Positions 11,734-21,663 of a stretch of DNA of 32,000 bases are shown piece after piece. Within the stretch, counting starts at the first letter, position 1; the number at the start of each line of letters is the position of its first letter. Made by a program: the position numbers and the translations under genes. This DNA comes from Psychrobacter cryohalolentis K5 (GTDB taxonomy: Bacteria > Pseudomonadota > Gammaproteobacteria > Pseudomonadales > Moraxellaceae), in NCBI RefSeq assembly GCF_000013905.1, contig NC_007969.1, positions 630,001 to 662,000 of the forward strand, read 5' to 3'. The notes under the pieces were generated by a model, which was not told the DNA's origin, did not search any database, and worked only from the letters and a program-made list of their open reading frames with translations.

Positions 11734-12891
11734 ATGAAAATTGGTGTTATTAGTGCAGAGAGCGCAAGCGAGAGTCGGGTGGCATTAACCCCAGACGCGG
11801 TAAAAAAGTTACGCAAACTTGGGTTTGAGGTTGTCATCCAGTCAGGTGCAGGTCAAGCGTCTTATTATGCGGATGAATTATATCAGGCTGCGGGTGCTGA
11901 TATTGCCAATAGTAGCATTGACGTCGTCACACAGTCTCAGATTATTACTACCGTCAATGATTTGCCGACGTCAACGACTGCTAGTTTAACGTCTGGTCAA
12001 ATTATTATCGGCATGCTTGATCCCTATCGTAATACCCAACTGGATACTTATGCTGCTAAAGGGGCTACCGCCTTTGCCATGGAGCTATTGCCACGCACCT
12101 TATCACGCGCACAGAATATGGACGTCTTGTCTTCACAAGCCAACCTTGCCGGTTACAAAGCGGTGTTGCTCGCTGCCAATGAATATTCGCGTCCGTTTCC
12201 GATGTTTATGACCTCAGCTGGTACGGTTAAGCCTGCCAAAGTCGTTATTCTAGGTGTTGGGGTTGCGGGTTTACAAGCGATTGCGACGGCGAAGCGTTTA
12301 GGTGCTGTCGTTGAAGCCAGTGATTTACGTCCGACCGCTCGCGAGCAAGTGGAATCATTAGGTGGTAAATGGCTTGATGTCCCGATGAGTGCGGAGGAGG
12401 CTGAGACAGCTAAATCTACAGGCGGCTATGCGTGGACGCCATCTGAGCAATATATCAAAGACCAAGCTGCTATTGTTGATAAAGCCTTGAGCAATGCTGA
12501 CATCGTCATTACGACTGCACAGATTCCGGGTCGTCAAGCGCCGCGTTTGGTACACCAATCAACCATTGCTAAGATGAAAGCTGGTTCGGTACTGATCGAT
12601 ATGGCTGCTGGCACTGGTGGAAACGTTGAAGGCAGTGTCCCTGATGAAACGATTACGACGTCAAATGGCGTGCGTATTGTCGGTGCAGCTAATATTCCAT
12701 CGCAACTGGCAGCGCAGTCTTCAGACTTATATGCCAATAACCTCGTTAATTTTATCACCACTTTAATTGCGTCTGCCGCTACAGATGACGCTACAGCAAA
12801 CACAATGGCACTCAACTTAGACATGGAAGATGAGATTCAAGGCGCATTAGCGGTAACGCATGACAATCAAGTACGTCTTGCTAAACGCTAA
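11734..12891 (+). CDS. pntAA: NAD(P) transhydrogenase subunit alpha, part 1 (dI, NAD(H)-binding)
   Basis: Alanine-dehydrogenase/PNT-like domain: RVALTPD..., Rossmann motif VVILGVGVAGLQAIATAKRLGA, DLRP. AAGGAGA lies 5-6 nt before the ATG. Confidence 0.9.
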   Translation: MKIGVISAESASESRVALTPDAVKKLRKLGFEVVIQSGAGQASYYADELYQAAGADIANSSIDVVTQSQIITTVNDLPTSTTASLTSGQIIIGMLDPYRNTQLDTYAAKGATAFAMELLPRTLSRAQNMDVLSSQANLAGYKAVLLAANEYSRPFPMFMTSAGTVKPAKVVILGVGVAGLQAIATAKRLGAVVEASDLRPTAREQVESLGGKWLDVPMSAEEAETAKSTGGYAWTPSEQYIKDQAAIVDKALSNADIVITTAQIPGRQAPRLVHQSTIAKMKAGSVLIDMAAGTGGNVEGSVPDETITTSNGVRIVGAANIPSQLAAQSSDLYANNLVNFITTLIASAATDDATANTMALNLDMEDEIQGALAVTHDNQVRLAKR

Positions 12892-12971
12892 GTGCTAAAT
12901 GCCAAATTTCAAGTCTTGATACTTTCATTATCGTACATTTGCCAGACACGAACAAATTTTAGGAGGATAAG

Positions 12972-13349
12972 ATGATTGCCACTATTTTAGCGGCAGCGCC
13001 AGCCGGTGCGGCCATGAGTAGCACGCCATTCGTAGCGATTTTTACCGTATTTGTACTGGCTATCTTTGTCGGATACTACGTTGTTTGGGGTGTAACCCCT
13101 GCACTGCATACGCCTTTAATGGCTGTAACCAACGCTTTATCAAGTATTGTTATTGTCGGTGCAATGCTACAGACCGTCACTATTGATGGTTCGATATTTA
13201 CGCCGACCAGTTTACTTGGGGCTTTTGCGGTATTCTTAGCCAGTATCAATATTTTTGGTGGTTTCGCCGTGACTGAGCGTATGCTGTCGATGTTTAAGCC
13301 AAAAGTAAAAAAAGCAGTAGTAACAACGGATACTGGGGGTGACGCATGA
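12972..13349 (+). CDS. pntAB: NAD(P) transhydrogenase subunit alpha, part 2 (membrane dII-alpha)
   Basis: 125 aa with three to four TM helices (HTPLMAVTNALSSIVIVGA motif). AGGAGGA lies upstream. Its stop overlaps the pntB start (ATGA at 13346-13349). Confidence 0.85.
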   Translation: MIATILAAAPAGAAMSSTPFVAIFTVFVLAIFVGYYVVWGVTPALHTPLMAVTNALSSIVIVGAMLQTVTIDGSIFTPTSLLGAFAVFLASINIFGGFAVTERMLSMFKPKVKKAVVTTDTGGDA

Positions 13350-14746
13350 GTGACTTATCAAATATGATTGCGGCTAATGCGGACTGGTTTTATCTGGTCG
13401 GTGCCATTCTTTTTGTTTTGACGTTACGTGGTTTATCTAGCCCAAAAACGGCGATTCGTGGTAATCGTTTGGGTATGGTTGCCATGGCGATTGCCGTTGT
13501 AACAACGTTCTTCCTAGCAGAAGGTCCAGTGCTTTGGTTAATCATCGGTGCGATGGTATTGGGTGCTATCGTCGGTATGTGGAAAGCAAAGACGGTCGCC
13601 ATGACCCAAATGCCAGAAACCGTGGCTTTGATGCACTCGTTTGTTGGTTTGGCAGCGGTGGCGATTGCATTAGCAACGGTACTGCATACTGAACAACAGC
13701 ATGGCGCGGTTGCTCGTGTTGAATTGTTTATTGGTTGTTTCATCGGTGCGATTACTTTCTCAGCATCTGTCTTTGCCTTTGGTAAATTGGCAGCTAAGAG
13801 CTGGGCTAAGACCTTAGTTGGTAGTTGGGTAAAACCAGTACAAGCAGCACTTTTCATTGCGATGATTGCGTTCGGTGGTGTGTACTTTGTCACTGATTCA
13901 TTACCCGCCTTCTATGCGATGGCAGTGATTGCAGTGATTTTTGGTTGGATGTGGATTGCGCCAATTGGTGGTGGCGATATGCCAGTGGTCGTGTCGCTAT
14001 TGAACTCATTTTCAGGGTGGGCAGCAGCGGGTATTGGTTTCACCCTTGGCAACTCGATGTTGATTATCGCAGGTTCGCTAGTCGGTTCGTCAGGTGCGAT
14101 TCTATCTTATATCATGTGTAAAGCCATGAACCGCTCATTACTCAACGTATTATTTGGTGGTATGGGTACATCAGCGGTCGCAGCGGGCGGCGATGATGGC
14201 GCGCCAAAGAATTACAAAGCAGGCTCAGCAGAAGATGCTGGCTTCCTTATGGCAAATGCTAGTAGTGTGGTGATTGTCCCAGGTTACGGGATGGCGCAAG
14301 GTCGTGCACAGAATGCGGTCAAAGAATTGTATGAGCTGTTAAAAGAAGAAGGCGTTAATGTTCGTTTTGCCATTCATCCAGTCGCGGGTCGTATGCCAGG
14401 ACATATGAACGTCCTATTGGCAGAAGCCGATGTGCCCTATGATGATATTTTAGAGATGGATGAGATTAACTCGGACTTCGCCAGTACGGATGTGGTATTA
14501 GTTATCGGTGCCAATGACGTGGTAAACCCATCTGCGAAAGATGATCCGACATCACCAATCTTTGGTATGCCAATTCTAGAAGTGACCAAAGCCCAAACAG
14601 TGATGGTCATTAAGCGTTCGATGAGTACAGGTTATGCCGGTCTAGATAACAGCTTGTTCTATATGGACAAAACCATGATGATCTTTGGCGATGCCAAGAA
14701 AATGGTTGAAGAGATGGTACGTAGTATCAACGGCGCTGGTCATTAA
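13346..14746 (+). CDS. pntB: NAD(P) transhydrogenase subunit beta
   Basis: 466 aa with an N-terminal polytopic region and a C-terminal dIII NADP(H) domain (VIVPGYGMA, HPVAGRMPGHMNVLLAEA, VIGANDVVNP). Confidence 0.95.
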   Translation: MSDLSNMIAANADWFYLVGAILFVLTLRGLSSPKTAIRGNRLGMVAMAIAVVTTFFLAEGPVLWLIIGAMVLGAIVGMWKAKTVAMTQMPETVALMHSFVGLAAVAIALATVLHTEQQHGAVARVELFIGCFIGAITFSASVFAFGKLAAKSWAKTLVGSWVKPVQAALFIAMIAFGGVYFVTDSLPAFYAMAVIAVIFGWMWIAPIGGGDMPVVVSLLNSFSGWAAAGIGFTLGNSMLIIAGSLVGSSGAILSYIMCKAMNRSLLNVLFGGMGTSAVAAGGDDGAPKNYKAGSAEDAGFLMANASSVVIVPGYGMAQGRAQNAVKELYELLKEEGVNVRFAIHPVAGRMPGHMNVLLAEADVPYDDILEMDEINSDFASTDVVLVIGANDVVNPSAKDDPTSPIFGMPILEVTKAQTVMVIKRSMSTGYAGLDNSLFYMDKTMMIFGDAKKMVEEMVRSINGAGH

Positions 14747-14800
14747 TCTTTAAGATAGGTTTTACACATCATTTTTTAAACAGAAGCTTTCACATAAAAA

Positions 14801-14822
14801 AGTCACTGAGGTGGCTTTTTTT
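14801..14822 (+). terminator. Weak rho-independent terminator after pntB
   Basis: AGTCAC-tgag-GTGGCT (one G-U pair) is followed by T7. An A-run lies upstream. Confidence 0.45.
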
Positions 14823-14900
14823 GCGTTAGAGTATTGCCCATCTAAAGCTATCTACAATGTATTTTCTCATTATCAATATTATAAAATAAGAAGGTTTCTT

Positions 14901-15464
14901 ATGAATATGCTGCTGCGTTTCTTTATTATGGTAAGCCTACTCAAACAACAACTTAAGCAGCAATCGACAAGCAATTACCTGAGTATTGAGACATTGACAG
15001 CACCAACTGTGCGTCAGTATCGGGTATTACCACATGACATGGGTTTTCGCGATCATTTGCCTAATTATCGCTATTTATCTTTTATTGAGCTAAATATCAC
15101 CAAATGGCTGATGAACTGCTGTCATCAAAAAGGCATTAAAAATCTCGGCTGGATTATCGCTATGCAGGAGATGGTCTATCTTAAACAAATTAAGTTTCTA
15201 GATAAGATAACAGTCAATAGTATGCTTGTCGGTTGGGATAAAAAATATGTCTATTTTGAGCATCGATTTTTTGTTAAAAACCAGCTGATGGCAGTGGGTA
15301 TGACCAAGTTTGTTTTAACTAATAAGCAAGGTAAGTGCGCAACTGAGGTGATAGATATGACGGGTGAGCATCTGACAGAAGTTATTGAGTCATGGAATCA
15401 GCATCAAGTGGCGATTAAAGCTGCCAAATCTACTGAGTTAACTAAATCAACAAAGGCTGCGTAA
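14901..15464 (+). CDS. Hotdog-fold acyl-CoA thioesterase-like protein (4HBT_2-like)
   Basis: VLPHDMGFRDHLPNYRYLSFIELNITKWL resembles the catalytic Asp / N-x-x-Y-L region of YbgC/4HBT-type thioesterases. I chose ATG 14901, which lies 7 nt after AAGAAGG. The ORF-track start at 14811 would sit inside the pntB terminator. Confidence 0.55.
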   Translation: MNMLLRFFIMVSLLKQQLKQQSTSNYLSIETLTAPTVRQYRVLPHDMGFRDHLPNYRYLSFIELNITKWLMNCCHQKGIKNLGWIIAMQEMVYLKQIKFLDKITVNSMLVGWDKKYVYFEHRFFVKNQLMAVGMTKFVLTNKQGKCATEVIDMTGEHLTEVIESWNQHQVAIKAAKSTELTKSTKAA

Positions 15465-15562
15465 CCAACTTGCCTATAATCCTATGATGAATTTTGGTAG
15501 GATAGCGCATATATATTTTATAATGCCATTTTATGAAAATAATTAAAAAATAAGGAGCTACT

Positions 15563-15772
15563 ATGACCCCGCAGAAGTTAAAATGGACAGACAGCTTAGA
15601 TATTGCCATTGAGCTTTATGAAAAATTCCCAGAGACCGATCCGCAGTATATTCGCTTTACGGATTTGCATCGCTGGGTGACGGAGCTTGAAGGCTTTGAC
15701 GATGATCCGCAACGCTCCAATGAAGGTATCTTAGAAGCGATTCAGATGAATTGGATCGACGAAGCGGACTAG
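15563..15772 (+). CDS. iscX: Fe-S cluster assembly protein IscX (YfhJ)
   Basis: [63 protein letters not shown] is collinear with E. coli IscX as I remember it (KWTDS...VRFTDMHQWI...DFDDDPQASNEKILEAI...W.DEA). Confidence 0.85.
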   Translation: MTPQKLKWTDSLDIAIELYEKFPETDPQYIRFTDLHRWVTELEGFDDDPQRSNEGILEAIQMNWIDEAD

Positions 15773-15870
15773 ATTGACCTTTTGACTATTTTTTAGTAAT
15801 TAACATAGCCTTAATAACAAACATAGCTTTAATAAACATAATCTCAAATGAAAACAGGACATATTGTCTC

Positions 15871-16395
15871 ATGACTGCACCAATCCAAGAACTAACCGAC
15901 GTACAAACTTGCACAGGCATCAGCGTACGCACCACCAACACCGATGAAATCAGCCATGAAACGGCAAAGTTAGGCAAGCTATGGCAAAATTTTTACAAAA
16001 ATCACGTGAGCCAACTTGAAAAGGGTCAGGATATCTATGGTATCTATCATAACTATGAGAGTGATGATGTAGGCGCTTTTGATGTGGTTGCGAGTTGGAA
16101 GGTGGAAAGTCAGCAAAAACAGTCAGACAATGACGATACGACCAATACTGTCAAAGCTACTAAGAATAAAAATGCAAGCAACCTAACAACGGTTACTATT
16201 CCTGCAGGAAAATACATGGTGTTTTCTGAATACGGTAACATGCCTAATACCGTGATGAATGCATGGGAAAAAGCGTGGACGTATTTCAATGATCCAAGCT
16301 GTGAGCATACTCGAACTTATAACGTCGACTTTGAGCGTTACGTTGAGGGTAAGTTAGAATATGGTCAAGTCGAGCTGTATATTGGTATTGAGTAA
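15871..16395 (+). CDS. GyrI-like / AraC-effector-binding-domain protein
   Basis: 174 aa with a duplicated beta-alpha-beta-beta pattern (GISVRTTN..., IYGIYHNYE..., TIPAGKYMVF..., NAWEKAWTYF..., DFERY). This is typical of GyrI-like small-molecule binding domains. It carries a ~30-aa polar insertion (ESQQKQSDNDDTTNTVKATKNKNASN). Confidence 0.55.
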   Translation: MTAPIQELTDVQTCTGISVRTTNTDEISHETAKLGKLWQNFYKNHVSQLEKGQDIYGIYHNYESDDVGAFDVVASWKVESQQKQSDNDDTTNTVKATKNKNASNLTTVTIPAGKYMVFSEYGNMPNTVMNAWEKAWTYFNDPSCEHTRTYNVDFERYVEGKLEYGQVELYIGIE

Positions 16396-16414
16396 AGTGA
16401 TTAATATCTATAAT

Positions 16415-16450
16415 AAAAAAGCGCCATCTGTATGAGATGGCGCTTTTTTT
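16415..16450. terminator. Bidirectional rho-independent terminator
   Basis: AAAAAA-GCGCCATCT-gtatg-AGATGGCGC-TTTTTTT: a perfect 9-bp GC-rich stem between convergent genes. Confidence 0.85.
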
Positions 16451-16461
16451 ACTAGTGCTTA

Positions 16462-17685
16462 TTAATCTAATAGTAAATTCTCTAAAATCCCTTCATAAAT
16501 CTGCGCCAATTTTCCTAAGTCGTCTACTTCAACTTTTTCATCAACTTGATGAATAGTGGCATTACGCACACCAAGTTCGACCACTTGCGCACCCGTTGGT
16601 GCAATAAAGCGTCCATCTGATGTGCCGCCAGAAGTTGATAATGTCGTATCGGTTCCAGTCACAGATTTAATCGCTTGCTGGCATGCTGAGACCAATTTAC
16701 CTTCAGGCGTCAAAAAAGGCTGACCAGATAATTTCCAATGAATATCATAAGCTGCTTTGCTATCAGCGAAATATCTATCAAAGATAGCGTGGGTTTTTGC
16801 TTTTAGTTCATCTTCAGACGTTTCTGTTGAAAAGCGGAAGTTAAATACAGCTTCTAAGGTTTCAGGAATGACGTTGGTTGCGCCCGTTCCACTATTGATA
16901 TTAGATATTTGTAGTGAAGTCGCAGGGAAGTAATCATTGCCATTATCCCAAGTAGCATTGGTCAGTTCTGCGAGTGCCGACATAGCCGCATGAATGGGAT
17001 TTGAGGCAAGGTGCGGGTAGGCAACATGACCTTGTTTACCAGTGACGGTAAGTACTGCGCCGAGTGAGCCACGACGACCATTCTTGATGATATCGCCTAA
17101 TGTATCCGTGCTTGATGGTTCACCAACCAAGCAGTACGTAATTTTCTCATTGCGCGCTTCTAGCGTTTCTACTACCTTGACTGTGCCGTTAATAGAAGGG
17201 CCTTCTTCATCTGAGGTGATTAAAAAAGCAATAGAGCCATTGTGCTCAGGATGATTGGCAACGAAACGCTCAGCAGCGACGGTAAAAGCGGCAATACCAG
17301 TTTTCATATCAGCGGCACCACGCGCCCATAAATAGCCATCTGCAATGGTTGGGGTAAAGGGCGGATAGGTCCAATTTTTTTCATCGCCTGTTGGGACGAC
17401 GTCAGTATGACCTGCAAAGCAAATGACTGGATTGGTATTACCGCGGCGCGCCCATAAGTTTTTAACCTCAGCGTGTTCGCCTTTTGCTTGTCTATCACCG
17501 TAATACATAAACTCGCAGTCGAAGCCTGCTTGCGTTAGCCGCTCAGACAATATGTCTTGGCAGCCGTCATCATCTGGCGTCACTGATGGACGTTCAAGTA
17601 GGGCGATGCTTAAGTCCAAGGTTGCTTGTTGATGAGTTGCTTGCGTCTGAGACTGAGTATTTCGGTTTTTATCAAAATCTGACAT
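16462..17685 (-). CDS. dapE: Succinyl-diaminopimelate desuccinylase
   Basis: M20 peptidase. [15 protein letters not shown] matches the E. coli DapE N-terminus (LIRRPSLSPDDAGCQ). Other matching segments are [13 protein letters not shown] and GGTSDGRF. It carries a ~20-aa Gln/Thr-rich N-terminal extension. Confidence 0.9.
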
Positions 17686-17766
17686 GGGAAGCCTTTTTTA
17701 TTATAGAGGGATAGATAGTATGCTTAGATGTAGATGGTAAGAGAGTCTTTATGAATATTACAGTAC

Positions 17767-18525
17767 TTAAATAACGTCTTCAATAAAAGGCACTAAGCCA
17801 TCACGGCGCATCCAAGTCGCGATAGAATAACGCTGACGATGGGCGATTTGCACTTGATGCTGTAAGTCACTATCAAATATTACAAGCCTATTAGCGACAG
17901 GCATTACATTATGATGGACACCATGTTTATCAACGATTTCTAGCGCGCCGCCGTCACTTGCTGACCACTCATCATTAAGATAAAACACTGCCGAGACAAC
18001 GCGTTCATTACGTCCAGCCGGATTATCACTATGCCATAGATAGCCAAAACCTACTGGATAACACGCATAATGCGCCTCGCTATGGCGAATACCAGCGTAC
18101 AAGCTTTGATTGAACAAAGTAGCAAGCGCATTGATACTGTGCAGATAATAAAACCCTGCAAAAAAGTCTTTGGTAATCCAGCGTATTTTATCACCGCGAA
18201 TATCACTGATACGAATACCCGCCGTTAGCTGAGCATCACGATAATCAATAAAGCCACTTTCCGCTTGCAGTGCTACTAAGGCTTTTCGTTCAAAGACATC
18301 GTCAATAATGAGCCAACCATCATCAACAAACGTATCCAACTGTTTATCTGTCAGCTTGTGTTCCCAATTAACCTCAAAATCAGAGGATTGTAATAAATGT
18401 TGGGTCGGCAGCGCCTGATTATTATAGTTAGTAGAATTTAAAGATAACAGTGGCGGATTCTCCTTACCTATTGGATTATCAACCACCAACGTCGTTACAT
18501 CAAGATTGCTAATAATCTTCGTCAT
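17767..18525 (-). CDS. 2OG-Fe(II) oxygenase superfamily protein (prolyl-4-hydroxylase-like)
   Basis: A HxD...H facial triad in the expected context (WHSDNPAG..., VSAVFYLNDEW....GGALEI, LVIFDSDLQHQV) followed by R-x-S (RQRYSIATW). Confidence 0.75.
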   Translation of the reverse strand: MTKIISNLDVTTLVVDNPIGKENPPLLSLNSTNYNNQALPTQHLLQSSDFEVNWEHKLTDKQLDTFVDDGWLIIDDVFERKALVALQAESGFIDYRDAQLTAGIRISDIRGDKIRWITKDFFAGFYYLHSINALATLFNQSLYAGIRHSEAHYACYPVGFGYLWHSDNPAGRNERVVSAVFYLNDEWSASDGGALEIVDKHGVHHNVMPVANRLVIFDSDLQHQVQIAHRQRYSIATWMRRDGLVPFIEDVI

Positions 18526-18675
18526 TTTGTCTCGCTATCGTCCATTATCTGTCATTACACCGTCAATCTATACCTTTACCCGACCAATCTATGCCTTTTT
18601 ACCAAAACCATCGTTATCTTTTAGCCATCCTATGCTACCATAGATGCAATTTTTCTTATTTAAACTTTTGAACTT

Positions 18676-19551
18676 ATGAATTATAAACACGCCTATCATG
18701 CTGGTAACTTTGCCGATGTTGTTAAACACATTCTATTGGTACAACTACTGAACCAAATGGGGCAAAAAAACAAACCTTTTTATGTGCTTGATGCTTATGG
18801 CGGTCGTGGACTGTATTCGCTCGGCAGTGAAGAGGCGCGCAAGACTGGTGAAGCCAAAGGCGGTATCCAAGCTTTGGTAAAAGCCGATGTCGAAAAAGCA
18901 CCAGCTGCCATCAAAGACTATATGGAAGGCATTAAGCAAGCCCGTTTTACCTATGACAAAAAAGTCTATCCGGGTTCGCCATGGTGGATTGCCCATCATG
19001 TTGAAAAAAATCCAGATGCTGGCGTGCGCGGTGAAGCGTTTGAAGCCAAAGCCAGTGAATATGATGCATTGAATTATCAGCTGCATAAATTGCCAATTGG
19101 TATTCATCATCGCAATGCTTTTGAAGGTATCGCTGCCGTGATTCCGCCAAAAGAAAAGCGCGGTTTGATCTTTTTAGATCCTCCTTATGAGCAGGAACAT
19201 AAAGACTTCACGCGTTTGATTGATTTGTTGGTGCATTCTTATAACAAGTGGCCACAAGGCACTTATGCATTATGGTTCCCAATCAAGAACATCGACGCGG
19301 TTGAGCTGTTCTATAAAAAACTCAAGCGTACTGAGATGAGACGTCAGCTGGTTTGTGAGCTAAATATTTATCCTAAAGATATCGCTGTCGGTCTGAACGG
19401 TACAGGGCTACTTGTGATCAATCCGCCATGGCAGTTCGATAACCAAGCGCGTGAGATACTACGTTTCTTACAGCCTGTATTAAAAGTTGCTGATGCACCA
19501 GATTTAACACCTGATAGTGCAACCACCGTCCGCTGGTTGGTTGGCGAATAA
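18676..19551 (+). CDS. rlmJ: 23S rRNA (adenine2030-N6)-methyltransferase RlmJ
   Basis: The N-terminus MNYKHAYHAGNFADVVKH plus the LDPPYE and NPPW motifs are diagnostic of the RlmJ (YhiR) family. Confidence 0.85.
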   Translation: MNYKHAYHAGNFADVVKHILLVQLLNQMGQKNKPFYVLDAYGGRGLYSLGSEEARKTGEAKGGIQALVKADVEKAPAAIKDYMEGIKQARFTYDKKVYPGSPWWIAHHVEKNPDAGVRGEAFEAKASEYDALNYQLHKLPIGIHHRNAFEGIAAVIPPKEKRGLIFLDPPYEQEHKDFTRLIDLLVHSYNKWPQGTYALWFPIKNIDAVELFYKKLKRTEMRRQLVCELNIYPKDIAVGLNGTGLLVINPPWQFDNQAREILRFLQPVLKVADAPDLTPDSATTVRWLVGE

Positions 19552-19561
19552 GGATATTGAT

Positions 19562-20509
19562 ATGACGACTGATCAATCATCACGTAGCCTTGAAAAAAAC
19601 AATCTTGCAAAGGGCAGTCTGGTCACTGATAAAGTGATGAATGACGGTTTGATCAAAGAGCCCTTATTACAAGATAGCGCTGCCACTCAACCGCCCTTTG
19701 TGGATGAGCATGATTTCGATATTCGCTTGGCGGATAATGAGAACTATGATGGGCTGACGTTCGAGGTGATTGAAGCGGAAGTCGCTGAAGGTAAGCGGGT
19801 AGTCAGTCGCGGTGTTTATTTAGCGCCCAACTTGATCACCACTTTATCGCTGCTGTCAGGCTTTTATTCTATTTTAGCCAGTACCCAAGGTGAGTTCTAT
19901 AAAGCCTCTTTAGCGATTTTCTTATCGGCTATTTTGGATGGTGCAGATGGTCGGGTAGCGCGTATGTTAAATGCGCAAAGCCCCTTTGGTGAGCAGTATG
20001 ATTCGCTTGCCGATATGTTAGCTTTTGGTGTCGCACCGGCAATCTTAATTTATAGCTTTGCTTTGCAGCCGTTGGGTCGCATTGGATTGGGCTGTGCTTT
20101 TGTCTTTACTGCCTGTGCTGCCTTCCGTCTAGCACGTTTTAACGTTCAGATTGGTGAGGTTGATAAAAAATACTTTGTTGGTTTGGCCAGTCCGCTTGCC
20201 GCTATTTTGGTCACAGCGGCTGTTATGGTTGCCGTTGATCACAATCAATGGATCGGACAATACGATACGCTTGTGATGTTTTTATTTGCTGCTTGGGTCG
20301 TTATTTGCGGTTTGCTTATGGTTAGCAATGTCAAATACTATAGCTTCAAAGAGTTTGATAAGAAGAAAGTCCCTTTCGTGGTGCTTATCGTTGGTGTATT
20401 GGTCATGAGTATCGTGTTATATGATATTCCAGTCGGCATTTTAGCGATTGGTGTTATTTATGCCTTGTCAGGTATTGTTAGCACCTTACAAGCCAAAGCG
20501 ACCAGTTAA
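19562..20509 (+). CDS. pssA: CDP-diacylglycerol--serine O-phosphatidyltransferase
   Basis: CDP-alcohol phosphatidyltransferase motif DGRVARMLNAQSPFGEQYDSLAD (DGxxARx8Gx3Dx3D) with multiple TM helices. I chose ATG 19562, 7 nt after AAGGA. The ORF-track start at 19517 would overlap rlmJ. Confidence 0.85.
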   Translation: MTTDQSSRSLEKNNLAKGSLVTDKVMNDGLIKEPLLQDSAATQPPFVDEHDFDIRLADNENYDGLTFEVIEAEVAEGKRVVSRGVYLAPNLITTLSLLSGFYSILASTQGEFYKASLAIFLSAILDGADGRVARMLNAQSPFGEQYDSLADMLAFGVAPAILIYSFALQPLGRIGLGCAFVFTACAAFRLARFNVQIGEVDKKYFVGLASPLAAILVTAAVMVAVDHNQWIGQYDTLVMFLFAAWVVICGLLMVSNVKYYSFKEFDKKKVPFVVLIVGVLVMSIVLYDIPVGILAIGVIYALSGIVSTLQAKATS

Positions 20510-20547
20510 TACTATAGCTTTTTATAGTATTAACTTAAGAAACGCAA

Positions 20548-20579
20548 AAAAACCGCTTATTTTTTAATAGGCGGTTTTT
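20548..20579 (+). terminator. Rho-independent terminator after pssA
   Basis: AAAAAAACCGCTTAT-tttttа-like loop-ATAGGCGGTTTTT: the stem ACCGCTTAT (20552-20560) pairs with ATAGGCGGT (20567-20575) with one G-U pair, followed by a T-run. Confidence 0.6.
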
Positions 20580-20791
20580 ATTTGCGTGCTAGTTTTTGAT
20601 TCTATTGGGCACTGAAATATAGCTCTGATAGAGATAAGCACAACAATGGAAAAGTTAAAATAAAACAACACAAATAGCTATTGATTGGGTTCAATATTAA
20701 AGCCTTATACAATGCTATTGTATGCAATCTATATAAAGTTTATACGATGAGCCTTCCTATAACGCCATTTGATAACTAAGCCTAGGTTATT

Positions 20792-21343
20792 ATGCTGAAC
20801 TTACCTATTTTGAATCGCCTATTACCTGTTTCAAGGACCTCAAACAATTTGTTGAGAGGTTTGATGGCAAGCGCTTTATTTTCATTGTCACTTATTTCAG
20901 TCTCTACACATGCCACTACTAGTAATTCAGTAAGTACAATATCTCGTGCTGAAGCTGCCAATCCAGCTAATTTTAAGCATCTAAATATCAATGGTAGTGC
21001 AGTAACTTCCGCATCAGCACCGTGCTCTATTAAAAAAGGGCTGATTGCTTGTGGTCTTGAAAAGCTTAAACTAATCAATAGCAGTATTAACGAAGTAGAT
21101 GCGGATTATGATTTGGCACAAGCTTTTTACTATCCATCAAAATCGCAGCCTAAGACAGCGGTTGTTGTCATTATCCGTTCTGGTCTCATGGATGATAGTG
21201 TGAGTGCAGAACGTTACCGCATTAGTTTTACCTTAAAAGGCAAGCCGTCTGATTTAAATTGGCAATGGGTGCAGTATGGGGTGCAATATCAATGTGTTCG
21301 CGGTAATAAAGTAGGGAAATGGACGAAAAGTCTTTGTCCTTAA
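20792..21343 (+). CDS. Hypothetical secreted protein (signal peptide, 4 Cys)
   Basis: 183-aa ORF with a signal-like segment (RGLMASALFSLSLISVSTHA/TT). The mature part has two Cys pairs. I recognise no family. Coding status is supported only by ORF length and the signal peptide. Confidence 0.45.
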   Translation: MLNLPILNRLLPVSRTSNNLLRGLMASALFSLSLISVSTHATTSNSVSTISRAEAANPANFKHLNINGSAVTSASAPCSIKKGLIACGLEKLKLINSSINEVDADYDLAQAFYYPSKSQPKTAVVVIIRSGLMDDSVSAERYRISFTLKGKPSDLNWQWVQYGVQYQCVRGNKVGKWTKSLCP

Positions 21344-21409
21344 TGGAATATTGCATTGAAAGCCAAGCCTAGTATTTTTAACCAAGTAAAAATAAACCCT
21401 AATAATCTC

Positions 21410-21437
21410 TTGACCCCCTATAAAAACAGCGTATACT
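21410..21437 (+). promoter_or_regulatory. rrn promoter P1 (sigma-70 type)
   Basis: TTGACC-16 nt-TATACT with a GC-rich discriminator (GCCACCC) and an AT-rich upstream (UP-like) tract. Confidence 0.6.
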
Positions 21438-21544
21438 GCCACCCAGTCGGAGAGGAAGGCAGGTTGGAGTGGTTTATCGCTTAGAGAGTTTAGCCAACCG
21501 AAAAAATTACTTTTAAGTTAACTGAAATTAAAATAATTTACTTC

Positions 21545-21572
21545 TTGACTTACTAATTAAAGCGTCTATAAT
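21545..21572 (+). promoter_or_regulatory. rrn promoter P2 (sigma-70 type)
   Basis: TTGACT-16 nt-TATAAT with discriminator ACGCACC and an AT-rich upstream tract. Confidence 0.65.
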
Positions 21573-21663
21573 ACGCACCTCATTAAGACGAACCGGAAGT
21601 AGCTACTGTGTGATTACACAATAACTAACCAGTTAACTTAAAGAAACAAATTAAGAAAAGAAG

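Noticed and set aside
13390-13893. 167-aa antisense ORF inside pntB, plus similar antisense or out-of-frame ORFs (1386-1694, 3229-3504, 8499-8846, 9195-9650, 12534-12824, 18745-19110, 27908-28177, 31285-31662)
   Set aside because: Each is fully embedded in a confidently identified gene on the opposite strand or in another frame. Their compositions are Ala/Ser/Thr/Pro-skewed or low-complexity, typical of shadow ORFs. None has an RBS or a recognisable family.
11734-14746. Split alpha subunit of the transhydrogenase (pntAA + pntAB + pntB)
   Set aside because: The three-gene organisation is a known arrangement in many bacteria (for example the Rhodospirillum type). It is not a pseudogene or a frameshift: pntAB has its own strong SD.
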